From contig NC_058368.1 in the NCBI RefSeq assembly GCF_018350175.1, positions 129,644,001-129,708,000 of the forward strand: 64,000 bases of DNA. Reading direction: 5' to 3'. Position 1 is the first letter of the stretch. Each line of letters starts with the position of its first letter. Below, in pieces: positions 12,794 through 23,580 of the stretch. Source of the DNA: Felis catus (taxonomy: Eukaryota). A program made the translations under genes and the position numbers. The notes under the pieces were generated by a model. It searched no databases. It saw only the letters and a program-made list of their open reading frames with translations, and was not told where the DNA came from.

Positions 12794-13268
12794 AGAAAAG
12801 ACCACCCCCCCCCCAACAACAACCCTGAGGCTGGTGAGCAAACATATGACTGTACCCACAGAGCCAAGTGGGTTCATTGCTTTCTTGACAACTTTGGAGT
12901 TTGGTGGTAAGTTTTCTCCTGGACTTTGAGCTCCATGCTTGGTGTGTGAGCTCCTCAGGATTTGTTCAGGACCCCTTTTAAGGTTTTGTTTTTGTTTTTC
13001 TCTCTGAGAGTACTCGTTTGGCCTTCAGTGTCACTCCTTCTCAGTACTGGATTGTAGCTATTGGTACTGTGCCAGCCGTCCATCCACAGTTCCTGATGGA
13101 ACTGTGCTGGCCTTTGGTCAGGTTCATTCTGGAACCTGCTGTTCCTGTTGAAAGTGATGTTTTGGAATTTTTCCCTTTGGTCTAGAAAAAAAACTCTCAG
13201 AAACAGGATTTCAGTCATCAAAATGTTTTCAGTGTCCCTCCCCACTCATTGGTATTCTGCTTGGTTTT

Positions 13269-13483
13269 TTTTTTTATAGTGTTTATTTATTCTTGAGAGA
13301 GAGAGAGCAAGAGTGGGGGAGAGGCAGAGAGAGAGAGAGAGAGAGGGAGACACAGAATCTGAAGCAGGCTTCAGGCTTTGAGCTGTCAGTACAGAGCCCG
13401 ATGCAGAGCTCTAACTCATGAACTGCAAGATCATGACCTGAGATGAAATCAGATGCTTAACCAACTAAGCTACCCAGGTGTCC
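13269..13483 (-). mobile_element. Can-SINE inserted in ERV
   Basis: Imperfect TSD TATTCTGCTTGGTTTT / TACTCTACTTGGTTTT. Confidence 0.93.
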
Positions 13484-13499
13484 TACTCTACTTGGTTTT

Positions 13500-14900
13500 A
13501 TATTCAAATACTATGGTCCCTCTGCATGTGCATTTATCATTAGGTGAATTGACTTAACCAAAAGAAATTTAGAACTTCGGTGGCCATTATAGAGAACTTT
13601 TGGTCTCCCCAAAATTGTTTTACCCAAAATTAAATTAGAAAGCCACAGTTCTAAAACAAACAAAAACACTGAATGAGACACCTATTTTAAATGGTACCTG
13701 GAAGCTTCCAAATGCTTTCAGGGTTCCAAGGTTGCCTCTTTGCAAAATATAATTTCTAAATCAACTGAGGCAAATAAACAATCAAAAGGAGTCAAAATGG
13801 CTTCTGGGTCCTCTTTTTTTCCCTTCCCCATTTTATTTGTCTACAGATACATGGCGGGTACCTTGTGCTCAGGCCCCACCTGCAGCACCATTTTCCTCTA
13901 TTCCCTCTGCTGAATTTCCCTTTTCCTCCATATCTCTCCCTGCACCCTCCTCTCCTAAACCTGTTAAAACCTGCCTCTTTAAAGTTAAGTCTTCTGAGGA
14001 TCTATAAGCCTCATTTCTTATGTTCCCAGGACTAAGGCCAAACTACAAGCCATAGTTAAAGAGTTTCCTGAGTGATTAAGGACCCCCATAGATTTGCTGA
14101 AGAATTTAACAACTATTCAAACTTACCAGTTTTGTTTCTCAGATGTACATCAATTAGCCCTCATGCTTTTGGTGACAACCAGGCCAAACACTGGATGAAA
14201 CTAGCTGGAAGGGAACATCTTGAAGGGGATTTAGAGAAGCAAACCCCTAACTTTTGTCAAGATGCTAAAACACTCTCTGGAAATCTCCACTGAGCAATTA
14301 CCGGAGCTTTTCCCAAGCATGCTGATTGAAACAAAATTCAGGCTTGCTCGCAAAAGGGAGCTTGTTTATTCTATCTTTATTAACAGGCCGAACTGGGATC
14401 TTTCTCTCTTTTTTTAAGTTTATTTACTTTGAAAGAAAGAGAGAGAGTACAGAGCTGGAGAGGGACAGAGAGAGAGGGAGAGGGAGAGAATCTCAAGCAG
14501 GCTCCATGCTGTCAGCACAGAGCCCCACGTGGTCATGAGATCATGACCTGAGCTGAAATCAAGTCAAATGATTAACCAACTGAGCCACCCAGGTGCCCCA
14601 GGATCTTTCTCTTGTAATTAAAAGGACCAGTATGGAATGGAAAACCACTGTTCCAGATTTATTTAATATGGCAAACCAGCTCACTCACATCCTAGATGAG
14701 GCACCCAAAACAAAGACCACTAAAATTCTCTAACAAATGAAGTTTTCAACTCCAGCAAATGAAGACCCCTAAACAAAACTAAAAATCTAGTTCATGCTAC
14801 TATTGCAAAGAGCCAGGGACTTAAAAAAAAATTGTTACAAATTTAAGCCTCCAGTTGCCTCTGCCCCCCTAGTCAGTCTTTCCGGTGTCCTCCCAAATTC
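13500..14900 (+). pseudogene. gag: ERV gag remnant
   Basis: DPHRFAEEF capsid-like motif near 14080; nucleocapsid zinc knuckle CYYCKEPG-(H, 1-nt deletion)-LKKNC at 14795-14835. Confidence 0.75.
14408..14599 (-). mobile_element. Can-SINE inserted in ERV gag
   Basis: TSD GGATCTTTCTCT at 14396-14407 and 14601-14612. Confidence 0.93.
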
Positions 14901-14959
14901 CCAATGTCAGGACCCCAAGAAACTACAGGGGCCATTCTCAGTACTCCGTCTCAATGATC

Positions 14960-17720
14960 TCAGCTCTCCAGGTTGGAAATGAATCTCTCTGTGTCCTTCT
15001 TGACATCTGAGCTACACTCTTGGTGCTCAAGCCCACTGCTGTAAAGCAGCCCCCACACTGGAGTATTAAAACTGTTCAAAGAGTGGGGGTCTCTAATAAA
15101 TCTCAGTAGATTCCCATCTCTGAAACTATTCCCTTTTGTCTAGGCCTTTTGAGAGATACACACCATTTTCTCCTTGGTTATTCTGCCTGGATGTATTTAT
15201 TGGGCTGAGATTTGTTAGAAAAATATCATGCCAGAATTTCTTTCTCCCAAAAGGGGGAAATAATTCTAGAATTTGACAATAGTAATCAAAAGAGCCAACC
15301 AGGGGAAATAAATGACCCTTTCGCATCTTCTCTATGCTCTGTCTCTGACAGCTCTATAGCTGAGTCTGGAGACACTGGTCATTTCTTCCTCTTGGATCAG
15401 GTACCATCCTCTTTATGCAAAATATTCAACTGATATTGGCAGAATCCTGAATGTATCTCACACCAAGTTTCAAACAGATCTCTCAAAACCTCTCTGCAGT
15501 ATTAATCAATACCCTATAAATAAAGAAGCATGTCAAGACTCAGAGCCTCATTACTAGTCCCTGTAATACCTCTCTTTTATCTGTAAAAAACCAAATGGCC
15601 AAGGATGGAATTTTGTCCAGAGCCTCCAAGCAATAAAGCACACTGTTATGCCTCGTCACTCTCTGTTGTTCCCAACACCTATGTACTACCAACATCCATT
15701 TGCACAGAAGACAAGTTTTTCACTGTAATTGATCTATGCAGTGCATTTTTAGTATTCCAGTTGGTATGAATAGCCAATATCTTTTCCCTTTAACTTGGGA
15801 AGAATGTGAGTACACCTGGACATCAATGCCCTAGGCTTTCTCAGAGGGTCCTTACTTTTCACAAACCTTAGAAACTGATCTGGATGCTATAACCTTTTCA
15901 TCAGGCTCCACTTTGTTGCAATACACAGATGACTTGCTTCTCTGCTCCCCTTTTTCAAACCTCTTCTCAGGAAGATAGCATCCACCTGTTAAAATTTTTT
16001 ACCTTAAAAGACACAAAGTTGTCCAAAGAGAATTTGAAGTTTGATCAAACTTAGGTTAGATGCTTAGAGTGTATAATTTTGAAACAAGGACCACATTTGG
16101 ATCCAGACAAAACCTCTCACCAGTGCTTAATGCTGACGGGTTACCTTTAAAATCCCCAAGACAATATACAGGAAATTCCTTTAACCAATGCAGATTTTCA
16201 TGGTTTACTGATGGTTCTTATTTAAAGGATGAAAATGATAAATATAGTGCTGGCTATGCTATTGCAACTCACTTTGAAGTGATTGAAACAACACCTTTAC
16301 ATTTTGACTACTTTAACAGGCTGAGTTTTTACTCAAGGTTGTGCCTTAGCCGAGGGTAAAACCACAAACATTTACCCCAATAGTTGGTACACCTTTGGTG
16401 TATGTAGTTCATGACACTGGAATATTATGGAAACAATGAGGGATCTTTACCTCCAATGACAATAAAAATTAAAAATGGTTTCTATGTCCAAAATTTATTA
16501 GATGCCATACTCTTGTTGGCTGCTCTAGCTAATAAAGTTCCAGGACATTCCAGACTGAACTTCGTTGAGGCCAAAGTAATCCACCTTGATGAAATTTCCA
16601 CAAAAATTCTGCTCTCAAGGAAACTAATAGCCAAACTTCTGTCATGGTCCAAAGGGATGTTCTCCCAGATGATAATTTTGGAAAAGTTGACGAAATACCA
16701 AAAAATTGACACAAGAGAAAGAAAAACAGTATTGGAAATCTCATAATTGTTGGCTTGACAAAAAGAGAACTCTGGTTTGGACCAAATAACAATCTGGCCC
16801 TACCAGAAATTCTAAAATTCTCAATACTTAGGAACTGTACATACATTAAACCACCGACAAAATAACATTCATGAACCAACATTCATATTGATATTCAGTG
16901 ATAACATTCATATTGGTGGAGAAAAGTTAATAAAGATGCAAAAAGTGCCTACCTTGCTTGTCCCACCTGTCCAAAGTATAACCCAGGGAAACCAGTTCAT
17001 ACAAATGGATTTCATACTTTCTCCTCTCGTAGATAAATATGCTTGAGTCATAGTTTGTATGTTTTCTTCTTAGACCAAAGATTTTTCTTATAGATAGGGC
17101 AGTGTTAGAAAAGATTATCCCTACCTGCCCTTGAACTTCATAGTGATCAGGGAACTCATTTTACTGGACAGGTGCTTCAACAATTCTGACCTATTTGGCT
17201 AGTTTACAACACTTTCATTGGACATATTATCTCTGGTTCTCAGTCACACACACTAACAGCACTATGAAGACTCAACAGGCAAAATTTGTAGAGACTTTCC
17301 AAATGCCTTGGCCTCAGGCAACACATTGGCCTAAAGCGTTACTGCTGGGACTCATCTCATACTCTCTCATCCTTTGAGATACTCACAGGATGCCCAATGC
17401 ACTTGGTTCCTGCCTTGTCTGACTCACAGTTGATGAAAGAAGATATTCTTCAGTGGTGTAAAGGCCTGTTTCCATTAAAACTAACCATGCTTTGGTAGAG
17501 CAGTCTTTTCCCAGTGAACTCCCAGGAGACAACAACCTTATGCATCACAGCTTGCAACCTGTATTTTTCATCTGTTGGAAAAGACACCCCCGAAAACACT
17601 TTCTAGCCTTCCTGGAAAGGCCCTTATCAGGAACTGCAAACCAACACTTGTGCTGCCAAACTCCAGGGAATAGACTGTTGCATTCACATGACACATCTAA
17701 AGAAAGCACCAAATCCTGAC
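14960..17720 (+). pseudogene. pol: ERV pro-pol remnant (protease, RT, RNase H, integrase)
   Basis: LLDI*AT at 14996-15016 (cf. LLDTGAT); SPCNT at 15556; FTVIDLCSAF at 15719; LLQYTDDLLL at 15913-15942; WFTDGSYLK at 16201; HSDQGTHFTG at 17139; IHMTHLKKA near 17680. Confidence 0.92.
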
Positions 17721-17799
17721 TAGATCTGCACACCATCTGATGACCCAAAAGTAAAGATTTACTAGAATTGAGGCAGATGACATCTGACAAGACCACTTT

Positions 17800-17920
17800 T
17801 CCAAGATATCCGGACCAGATCTGTATACCTTTTTCTCACATTTGCTTCTTCTCTCTCTTTCATGGAAAGACAAGGCTCTTGTCCACATTTCTCAAGTCCT
17901 TGCAAAAGGGGGGAAACTCA
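17800..17920 (+). pseudogene. env: ERV env N-terminal stub
   Basis: Pyrimidine-rich signal-peptide-like stretch, then WKDKALVHISQVLAKGG (17863-17913), resembling the segment before the CWIC motif of gamma-type Env; stops abruptly. Confidence 0.5.
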
Positions 17921-18164
17921 TCTTTTGATTATGGCCTTTTGGAAATAGCGTCATCATGATCCCAGGACAAATTAATTTTTTACTTGCTTTTTCTGAAGGA
18001 TTAGAAGGTTCGGAATTCACAAGTCTTCTTTCATCTGACCTGGATTATTAACTGACTGGATTCTTACCCAATTCGTGGTCTCTGAATGCGCAACCTTATA
18101 GTAGTCTCTATTACCAATAACACATTTGGTTCCAAAGAGTTCTTTTGACAGTGCAATATTGTTT

Positions 18165-18380
18165 GTTTGTTTGTTTGTTTGTTTGTTTGTTTGAGAGAGT
18201 GAGAGAGCGAGAGAGCATGCATGGGCAGAGGAGGTGGGCAAAGGGAGAAAGAGAAAAAATCCTAAGCAGGCTTCATGCTGGGCACGGAGCCTGACATGGG
18301 CTCAATCCTATGACCAGGGATCATCACCTGATCCAAAATCAAGAGTTGGACACTCAACTGACTAAGCCACCCGGGAGCCC
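18165..18380 (-). mobile_element. Can-SINE with (AAAC)n tail
   Basis: 19-bp imperfect TSD TGACAGTGCAATATTGTTT (18146-18164) / TGACAGAGCAATACTGTTT (18382-18400). Confidence 0.92.
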
Positions 18381-18772
18381 ATGACAGAGCAATACTGTTT
18401 TAAACCATCTTTGAAGTTTTACATTTTGCAAAAGGTTCATTAGCTATTGCTTCATGTTTATATCTGCACTGTATCTTCCAAAATGCGCTGTTAATTCTTT
18501 CAGTGAATTCTTGCAGTATCCACAATTCTGTTTTCCTGACTGCTTCAAGCTGAGACTTCCAGGAGGCATGTCTAACTCCAGGTATATCTTCATAGGGATA
18601 ACTTTCTTCCCTAAGTCAAAATAAGTGCCAACAAATACTTCAGTTGCCTAGTTTCGGGCCTAGAGTTCTGGTTTATATCGTATAACCATATCATATAACT
18701 TGGAATTGTTAATTTTACTTCTGTTTTATATAATTATTTCAAATTTTATATTTTGTTGACGTTGAACTTTTT

Positions 18773-18999
18773 TAATTTTTCTTTAATTTTTTTTAATCTT
18801 TATTTATTTTTGAGTGAGAAACAGAGACAGAGCGTGAGCAGGGGAGGAACAGAGAGAGAAGGAGGCACAGAATCCGAAGCAGGCTCCAGGCTCTGAGCTG
18901 TCAGCACAGAGCCCGACACGGGGCTCGAACCCACGAACGGTGAGATCATAACCTGAGCCGAAGTCGGACGCTCAACCGACTGAGCCACCCAGGCCCCCC
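18773..18999 (-). mobile_element. Can-SINE (young SINEC_Fc-type)
   Basis: TSD ACGTTGAACTTTTT at 18759-18772 and 19001-19014; CpGs retained. Confidence 0.95.
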
Positions 19000-19097
19000 A
19001 ACGTTGAACTTTTTAAAAACAACGTACCCAGTAAGGTGATGGTGGCGCAGTGGTTTGAGATGACCTCCAACACTCATGACCTTGAGAAGAGGTAGAC

Positions 19098-19313
19098 TTT
19101 ATTTTTTTTTATTTTTTTAATGTTTATTTTTGAGAGAGAGACACAGTGCAAGCAGGGGAGGGGCAGAGAGAGAGGGAGACACAGAATCTGAAGCAGATTC
19201 CAGTCTCTGAGCTGTAAGCACAGAGCCTGACATGGGGATCGAACTCAGGAACTGCGAGATCATGACCTGAGCCAAAGTCAGACACTCAACTCACTGAGCC
19301 ACCCAGGTGCCCC
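19098..19313 (-). mobile_element. Can-SINE
   Basis: Full body; imperfect TSD AGAGGTAGACTTTA / AGATGTAAACTTTA. Confidence 0.93.
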
Positions 19314-19535
19314 AAGTAAAGATGTAAACTTTAGATGGGAAGTGCCTGAGAGTTTCTCCCTCCTAAGTTTCCTTGTTTCTCAAATGTGGCTTGAAGTGGT
19401 TTCCAACTACTGTGCGCTTTCACTCTACCATAGGATATGACAACCAGTGAAGGTCCTTCCTGGCACTGAGGAACCAAACCACTAAATATAAAGAGGCTAT
19501 TTGATCAGCGATACTTTCAAAGAAAGGTCTTAATC

Positions 19536-19547
19536 AAAAAGGAGGAA
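19536..19547 (+). other. Polypurine tract
   Basis: AAAAAGGAGGAA just before the TG that opens the 3' LTR. Confidence 0.75.
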
Positions 19548-19548
19548 T

Positions 19549-20008
19549 TGCGAAGATTAATAATGGGAAACCTTGCTAAAATGGAGTAGAAAGTTTTAGC
19601 AGGGAGACTTATCGCCCTACCACTCATCCTCAATTGCATACCCAATAGGAAGAGATGGACCTTGCATGTGGATCCTGCTTTACTACCCTGTAGGAAGGAG
19701 AAGCTTACTTGCTCTCATCCCCACCTATCCCCCACAATGGCCCCACCCATAAGAGACTGTCACAACTCACCCAATGAGATGTCGCCATACTTCCAACTCC
19801 CAGTTTACTCCAATGGGCTTTTTTGTTTATAACAGTCTTCTCAACTTCCCCCTTTCCTCTACAAAACAGCGGTCCTCTCCTGTGTTCTCTGGAGGTGGCT
19901 GTGGTTTTATGGTAGCTTGCTTGTCTCAGATTGCAATTCTCTGCCATTCCCGAATAAACGCATCTTTTGCTGGTAGAATAACTGGCAGTTTGGTTTTTAA
20001 GATCAACA
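19549..20008 (+). mobile_element. ERV 3' LTR (~460 bp)
   Basis: TG...CA ends, CCAAT boxes, AATAAA at ~19953; homologous to the 5' LTR. Confidence 0.9.
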
Positions 20009-21070
20009 ATACCCAGGTGGAGAAGAGCCAGTATAAGCTTTTTGTCCAATAGGGCCACCTGGAGGGTAAGAGCTCTCAAGAAGAGGCCAGAGACTTAGCA
20101 CCCAATATCCAATAGTTAAGGAAAGGAGTCACAGGAAATCACCTGAAAGAAAGGTGCCCATTTCTAGGTAAAGAGAACTGGAGAGAGACACCCATCAGGA
20201 CACCCTCTGAAAAGCCACAAAGGGAAACAAGAATCTGTAGTAATCATCTGCAAGGCCTACACAGGGATGCCAGCACTGACCACCTACTGAGTCTAGAGGG
20301 CACAGAGTCCCCCCCACCATCAGCCAACTAAGAACTTTGCTACACCAAGGAGTGCCTGGCTTCCTGAGCTTCCCTGCCTAGAGAAAGGAGTAGGGCCCAT
20401 GCCAGAAGATGGAGAGCTGAAGGACCACACTGAGGACTTCCAGGGAGAAACAGGTCTGGCTGAGGAAAGAAGAGGAAAACCATCGGTAGGTATGGAGTTT
20501 TGCTGTCACTGACCAAGACATTCCCATTGTAAAACCCATCTCTGCTTGTGACAAAGTAACTGTAGGGTATCTATTACTTACGAGTGAGTAGAAAAATCAC
20601 TGGTTTGGTAGTTTTAGGGGAAGATTATTCCCCACTGAACAGAGTTTAGAGAAGCAGTAGGAAAGGAAAAAAATAAGTTGTATTCTGATCACAATCCACA
20701 TATCATGTGTGTACAGCATGCCAGCTACATTTGCTTGGCCCAGCTGGCGTAACTCTTGTAACAACCATCTTCAGATCCCATCGTGTTTGAATGACAGTGA
20801 TTGAGATGATTGCTTTCACTTTCGGAAAATCCCCAAAGAAGAAAATGCCACGCATGTGATTTGGAGAGAGAAGGCACTTGGTCAAATACTCAGATCCGGA
20901 CCTGGTCTAGTGGCCAAGGCGAGAACCTCTAGGATTCACAATTTTTTGTAACACCTGTCCCTCTTCGCTAATTTCAACCCTCACCAAGTCATATTAAGGC
21001 AACAAATTATATACTGTTCTTTCATGCAGAGGAGAAATTAAGATTCATCCAGTTTCTAGAGAAAACCAGA

Positions 21071-21281
21071 GGTGCCGGGGTGGCTCAGTCAGTTAAGCAT
21101 CTGACTCTTGGTTTCAGCTCAGGTCTTGATCTTACGGTTTCATGAGTTCGAGCCCCAAGTCGGTCTGCGCTGACAGTGTGGAACCTGCTTGGAATTCTCT
21201 CTCCCTCTCTCTCTCTGCCCCTCCCCCGCTTGCTCTGTCTCTGTTTCTCTCAAAATAAATAAATAAACTTTAAGGAAAGAA
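21071..21281 (+). mobile_element. Can-SINE
   Basis: TSD AGAAAACCAGA at 21060-21070 and 21282-21292. Confidence 0.93.
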
Positions 21282-22734
21282 AGAAAACCAGATTATCTTT
21301 TTTCCTTATCCTATTTCATTACAGCAGCTCTAACCATGAGGACCAGTGAGGCATGAAATTCCCAGAGAAAAGGGATAGAAGCTGAAGATAGCACAGGAGG
21401 TGGGACTCGATGAAGGGTTAGGTGGGTTAGCGGACAGGGTTAGACAAAAGCAAAGACGACAGCTGTCCTCAGCAACAGCATGTCTGTAGAGGGGAAATCG
21501 AAGAAGAAAAATCTCAAGAGGGGGTAGTTAAGCAGAGTGGTCCACTGGTCACCTCAGCTGAGGCCCCAGCTAAGAGCTGCTGTTACGAAATGAAGAGTTG
21601 GGGGTACAGTAGGGGTGGAGTCAGGCAGCATAAAGCTTGAGCGTAGCCTGTAGTCTCCACCATCCCCAACTCTGATTACTTGTGCTCAAGACAAAGTAAA
21701 ACCTCGGTGCCCCGTAACCTAAAACACTCTCCTGAAACTGGCAGAAACATTAGCTTCATTACAGTAGCCACAAGACCTTTTTTTTTTTTTTTTACATTGT
21801 CAAGTGATTTTAACACATTCTGATCAGGATAGCTTTAAATTATACATGTACGTGTCTTGCCAAAAGTGTTATTGAATAAGGCCTAGAGTAAAATTGAAAG
21901 CAAAAGCGTAGCGAGTTTTTTGATGTTTTTATCTTATGTTCCTTACCGAAGAGATAAATTTAGGAGTTGTTTCTCAGGTAACTCAACTTTGCTGTCTCGC
22001 TTAGTTTTTTATGTATTTAATTTGTCTTTAAACCTGGATTCTGTGCAAAGTTCCATAACAGCTTTAAAATATAGGTTTTATTAGGGACATGAAGGCTGAG
22101 AATGCAGTAATATTTTCTCCTTATTAACTCATCACACGATACTGAGGGCGCATGGGCGGGAGAACAGAAGCTTAGAGCATTCAGATATTCAAACAGGGAA
22201 GAGACAAGGCCAGGTAAGTGTGCCTTTTCGTGAACGTAAACATAAGTGAGGTTCCACATGGAAGAACTTGGTTCCTTTGTCCTTGAGATCCACTGGTTTG
22301 AGAGTTGAATAGTATAATATTTTATTTTTTTAAATGGTCATATTTGTCTAAGGATTTGCGTTTCTGCTTTACTTCTTGCTGGTTTGTGGGGGGTTGTTTG
22401 TTTGTTTTTGGAGACAGGGTTTTGGCTTTTGTTTTCCTTAATCTCATTTTGGAAGAGATCCTTTGTAAGCATTGATAAATGGGTGCTACACATCTCTACT
22501 TTTAACCACCAGTGTCCACGTTTAAGAGGGAGCTATGGTCGGTTCTTCAGCAAACCTGAATTCTGGAAAGTCAACCTAAGTCATCATGAGCATCACTCAT
22601 GATTATTTACTGAGGATATGAACTTACAGTCTAGGTAAGCAGAGAGCTGTGCAATACAATGCAGAATGTAGAAAAGCCATAGGAGCGATGCAAAATGTTT
22701 GAGGTCAAGGAAGCCTCAGAAGTTTGATGTAGTG

Positions 22735-22908
22735 AAAGAATATGGGCAACTTCAAACTTCGGTCTGTCTCGTTTTGGCCCTTAAGTGTAACTTGGGCAAC
22801 TCTCTGAACATGATATTCCTCATCTATAAAATTCTGAAAATGATACCTCCTATGTAAGATTAATCAAGGAAGGAAGTACCTGGCACATAGTAGGTGCTCT
22901 GTAAACAT
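22735..22908 (+). mobile_element. MIR fragment
   Basis: CTTGGGCAAC..TTCCTCATCTATAAAAT..CCTGGCACATAGTAGGTGCTC. Confidence 0.7.
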
Positions 22909-22930
22909 TAGTCTCTTCTCCTTCCCACAG

Positions 22931-23199
22931 GAGAGAGGCCACGAAAGGACCATGTGCTGGAACACGTGATGAGCTCTTTATATTTTGCAAGAGGAGCTGA
23001 CTGGGCTGTCTCCCTGTCCCTCGGCCCGGAGCTCACCCTGCAGTCACGCATCAGTGTTCTGTGAGGGTGCAGCTGGTTGCACCCCTGGGAGTGCCAGTAA
23101 CTGCAGTACAGGACAGCCAATGGAGCCCACACCTCCCAAAAGGTGGCCCTTTCGAAGTGAGCGCTATGACTCCTTGGACTCCTCAAGGAAAATTTACAG
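22931..23199 (+). other. Candidate exon (269 nt), coding status unknown
   Basis: Acceptor GTCTCTTCTCCTTCCCACAG| and donor TACAG|GTAAGG; GC-richer than flanks; upstream donor CCAG|GTAAGT at 22213/22214. Confidence 0.25.
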
Positions 23200-23379
23200 G
23201 TAAGGTCATCCACATGACTGAAAACATGTATCAAAAATGTAAAACTTTGCTATTTAAAAATGCAAATTAAAGGGAACCACTTCTCTTCATATTTCAAAGT
23301 AGCAAAGGTTTGAAAACTATTGAACGCTGACAAAGCAGAATCAAAAACTCACTCATGTAGATTACTCGGGGAAATAACA

Positions 23380-23580
23380 TTTTTTTAAGTTTATTTCTTT
23401 TGAGAGAGGGAGCAGGAGAGGCAGAGAGAGAGAGGGAGAGAGAGAGTCCCAAACAGGCTCTACACTGTCAGTGCAGAGCCCAACACGGAGCTGGCACTCA
23501 GAAACCGCGAGTTTTGAGTTTGACCTGAGCCAAGATCACGAGTCAGAGAGGCTCAACGGACCGAGCCACCCAGACGTCCC
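23380..23580 (-). mobile_element. Can-SINE
   Basis: Imperfect TSD TACTCGGGGAAATAA / TACTTGGAGAAATAA. Confidence 0.9.

Larger units (their letters stand above)
17920..19020 (-). pseudogene. Inverted foreign segment in the env position with a decayed reading frame, family unknown
   Basis: Minus frame has 71 sense codons (18615-18403), a stop, then stays in frame across the SINE for 48 codons to a TGA at 18019-18017, then 14 more; plus strand T-rich and not Env-like. Confidence 0.45.
12305..20008 (+). mobile_element. Decayed class I (gamma-like, ERV1) endogenous retrovirus with two LTRs, env replaced
   Basis: Homologous LTRs at both ends, PBS-like and PPT sequences, gag/pro/pol motifs in the expected order; five SINE insertions inside. 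Confidence 0.92.

Noticed and set aside
13500..17720. Intact or domesticated gag/pol/env gene
   Set aside because: Stops in the protease and RT motifs, frameshifts, deletions and SINE insertions; no long ORF.
18610..18705. Minus-strand KLYDMVIRYKPEL resembles alpha-L-fucosidase ELYDLVNSYKPDL
   Set aside because: The following catalytic WSDG motif and downstream residues do not match; probably coincidental.
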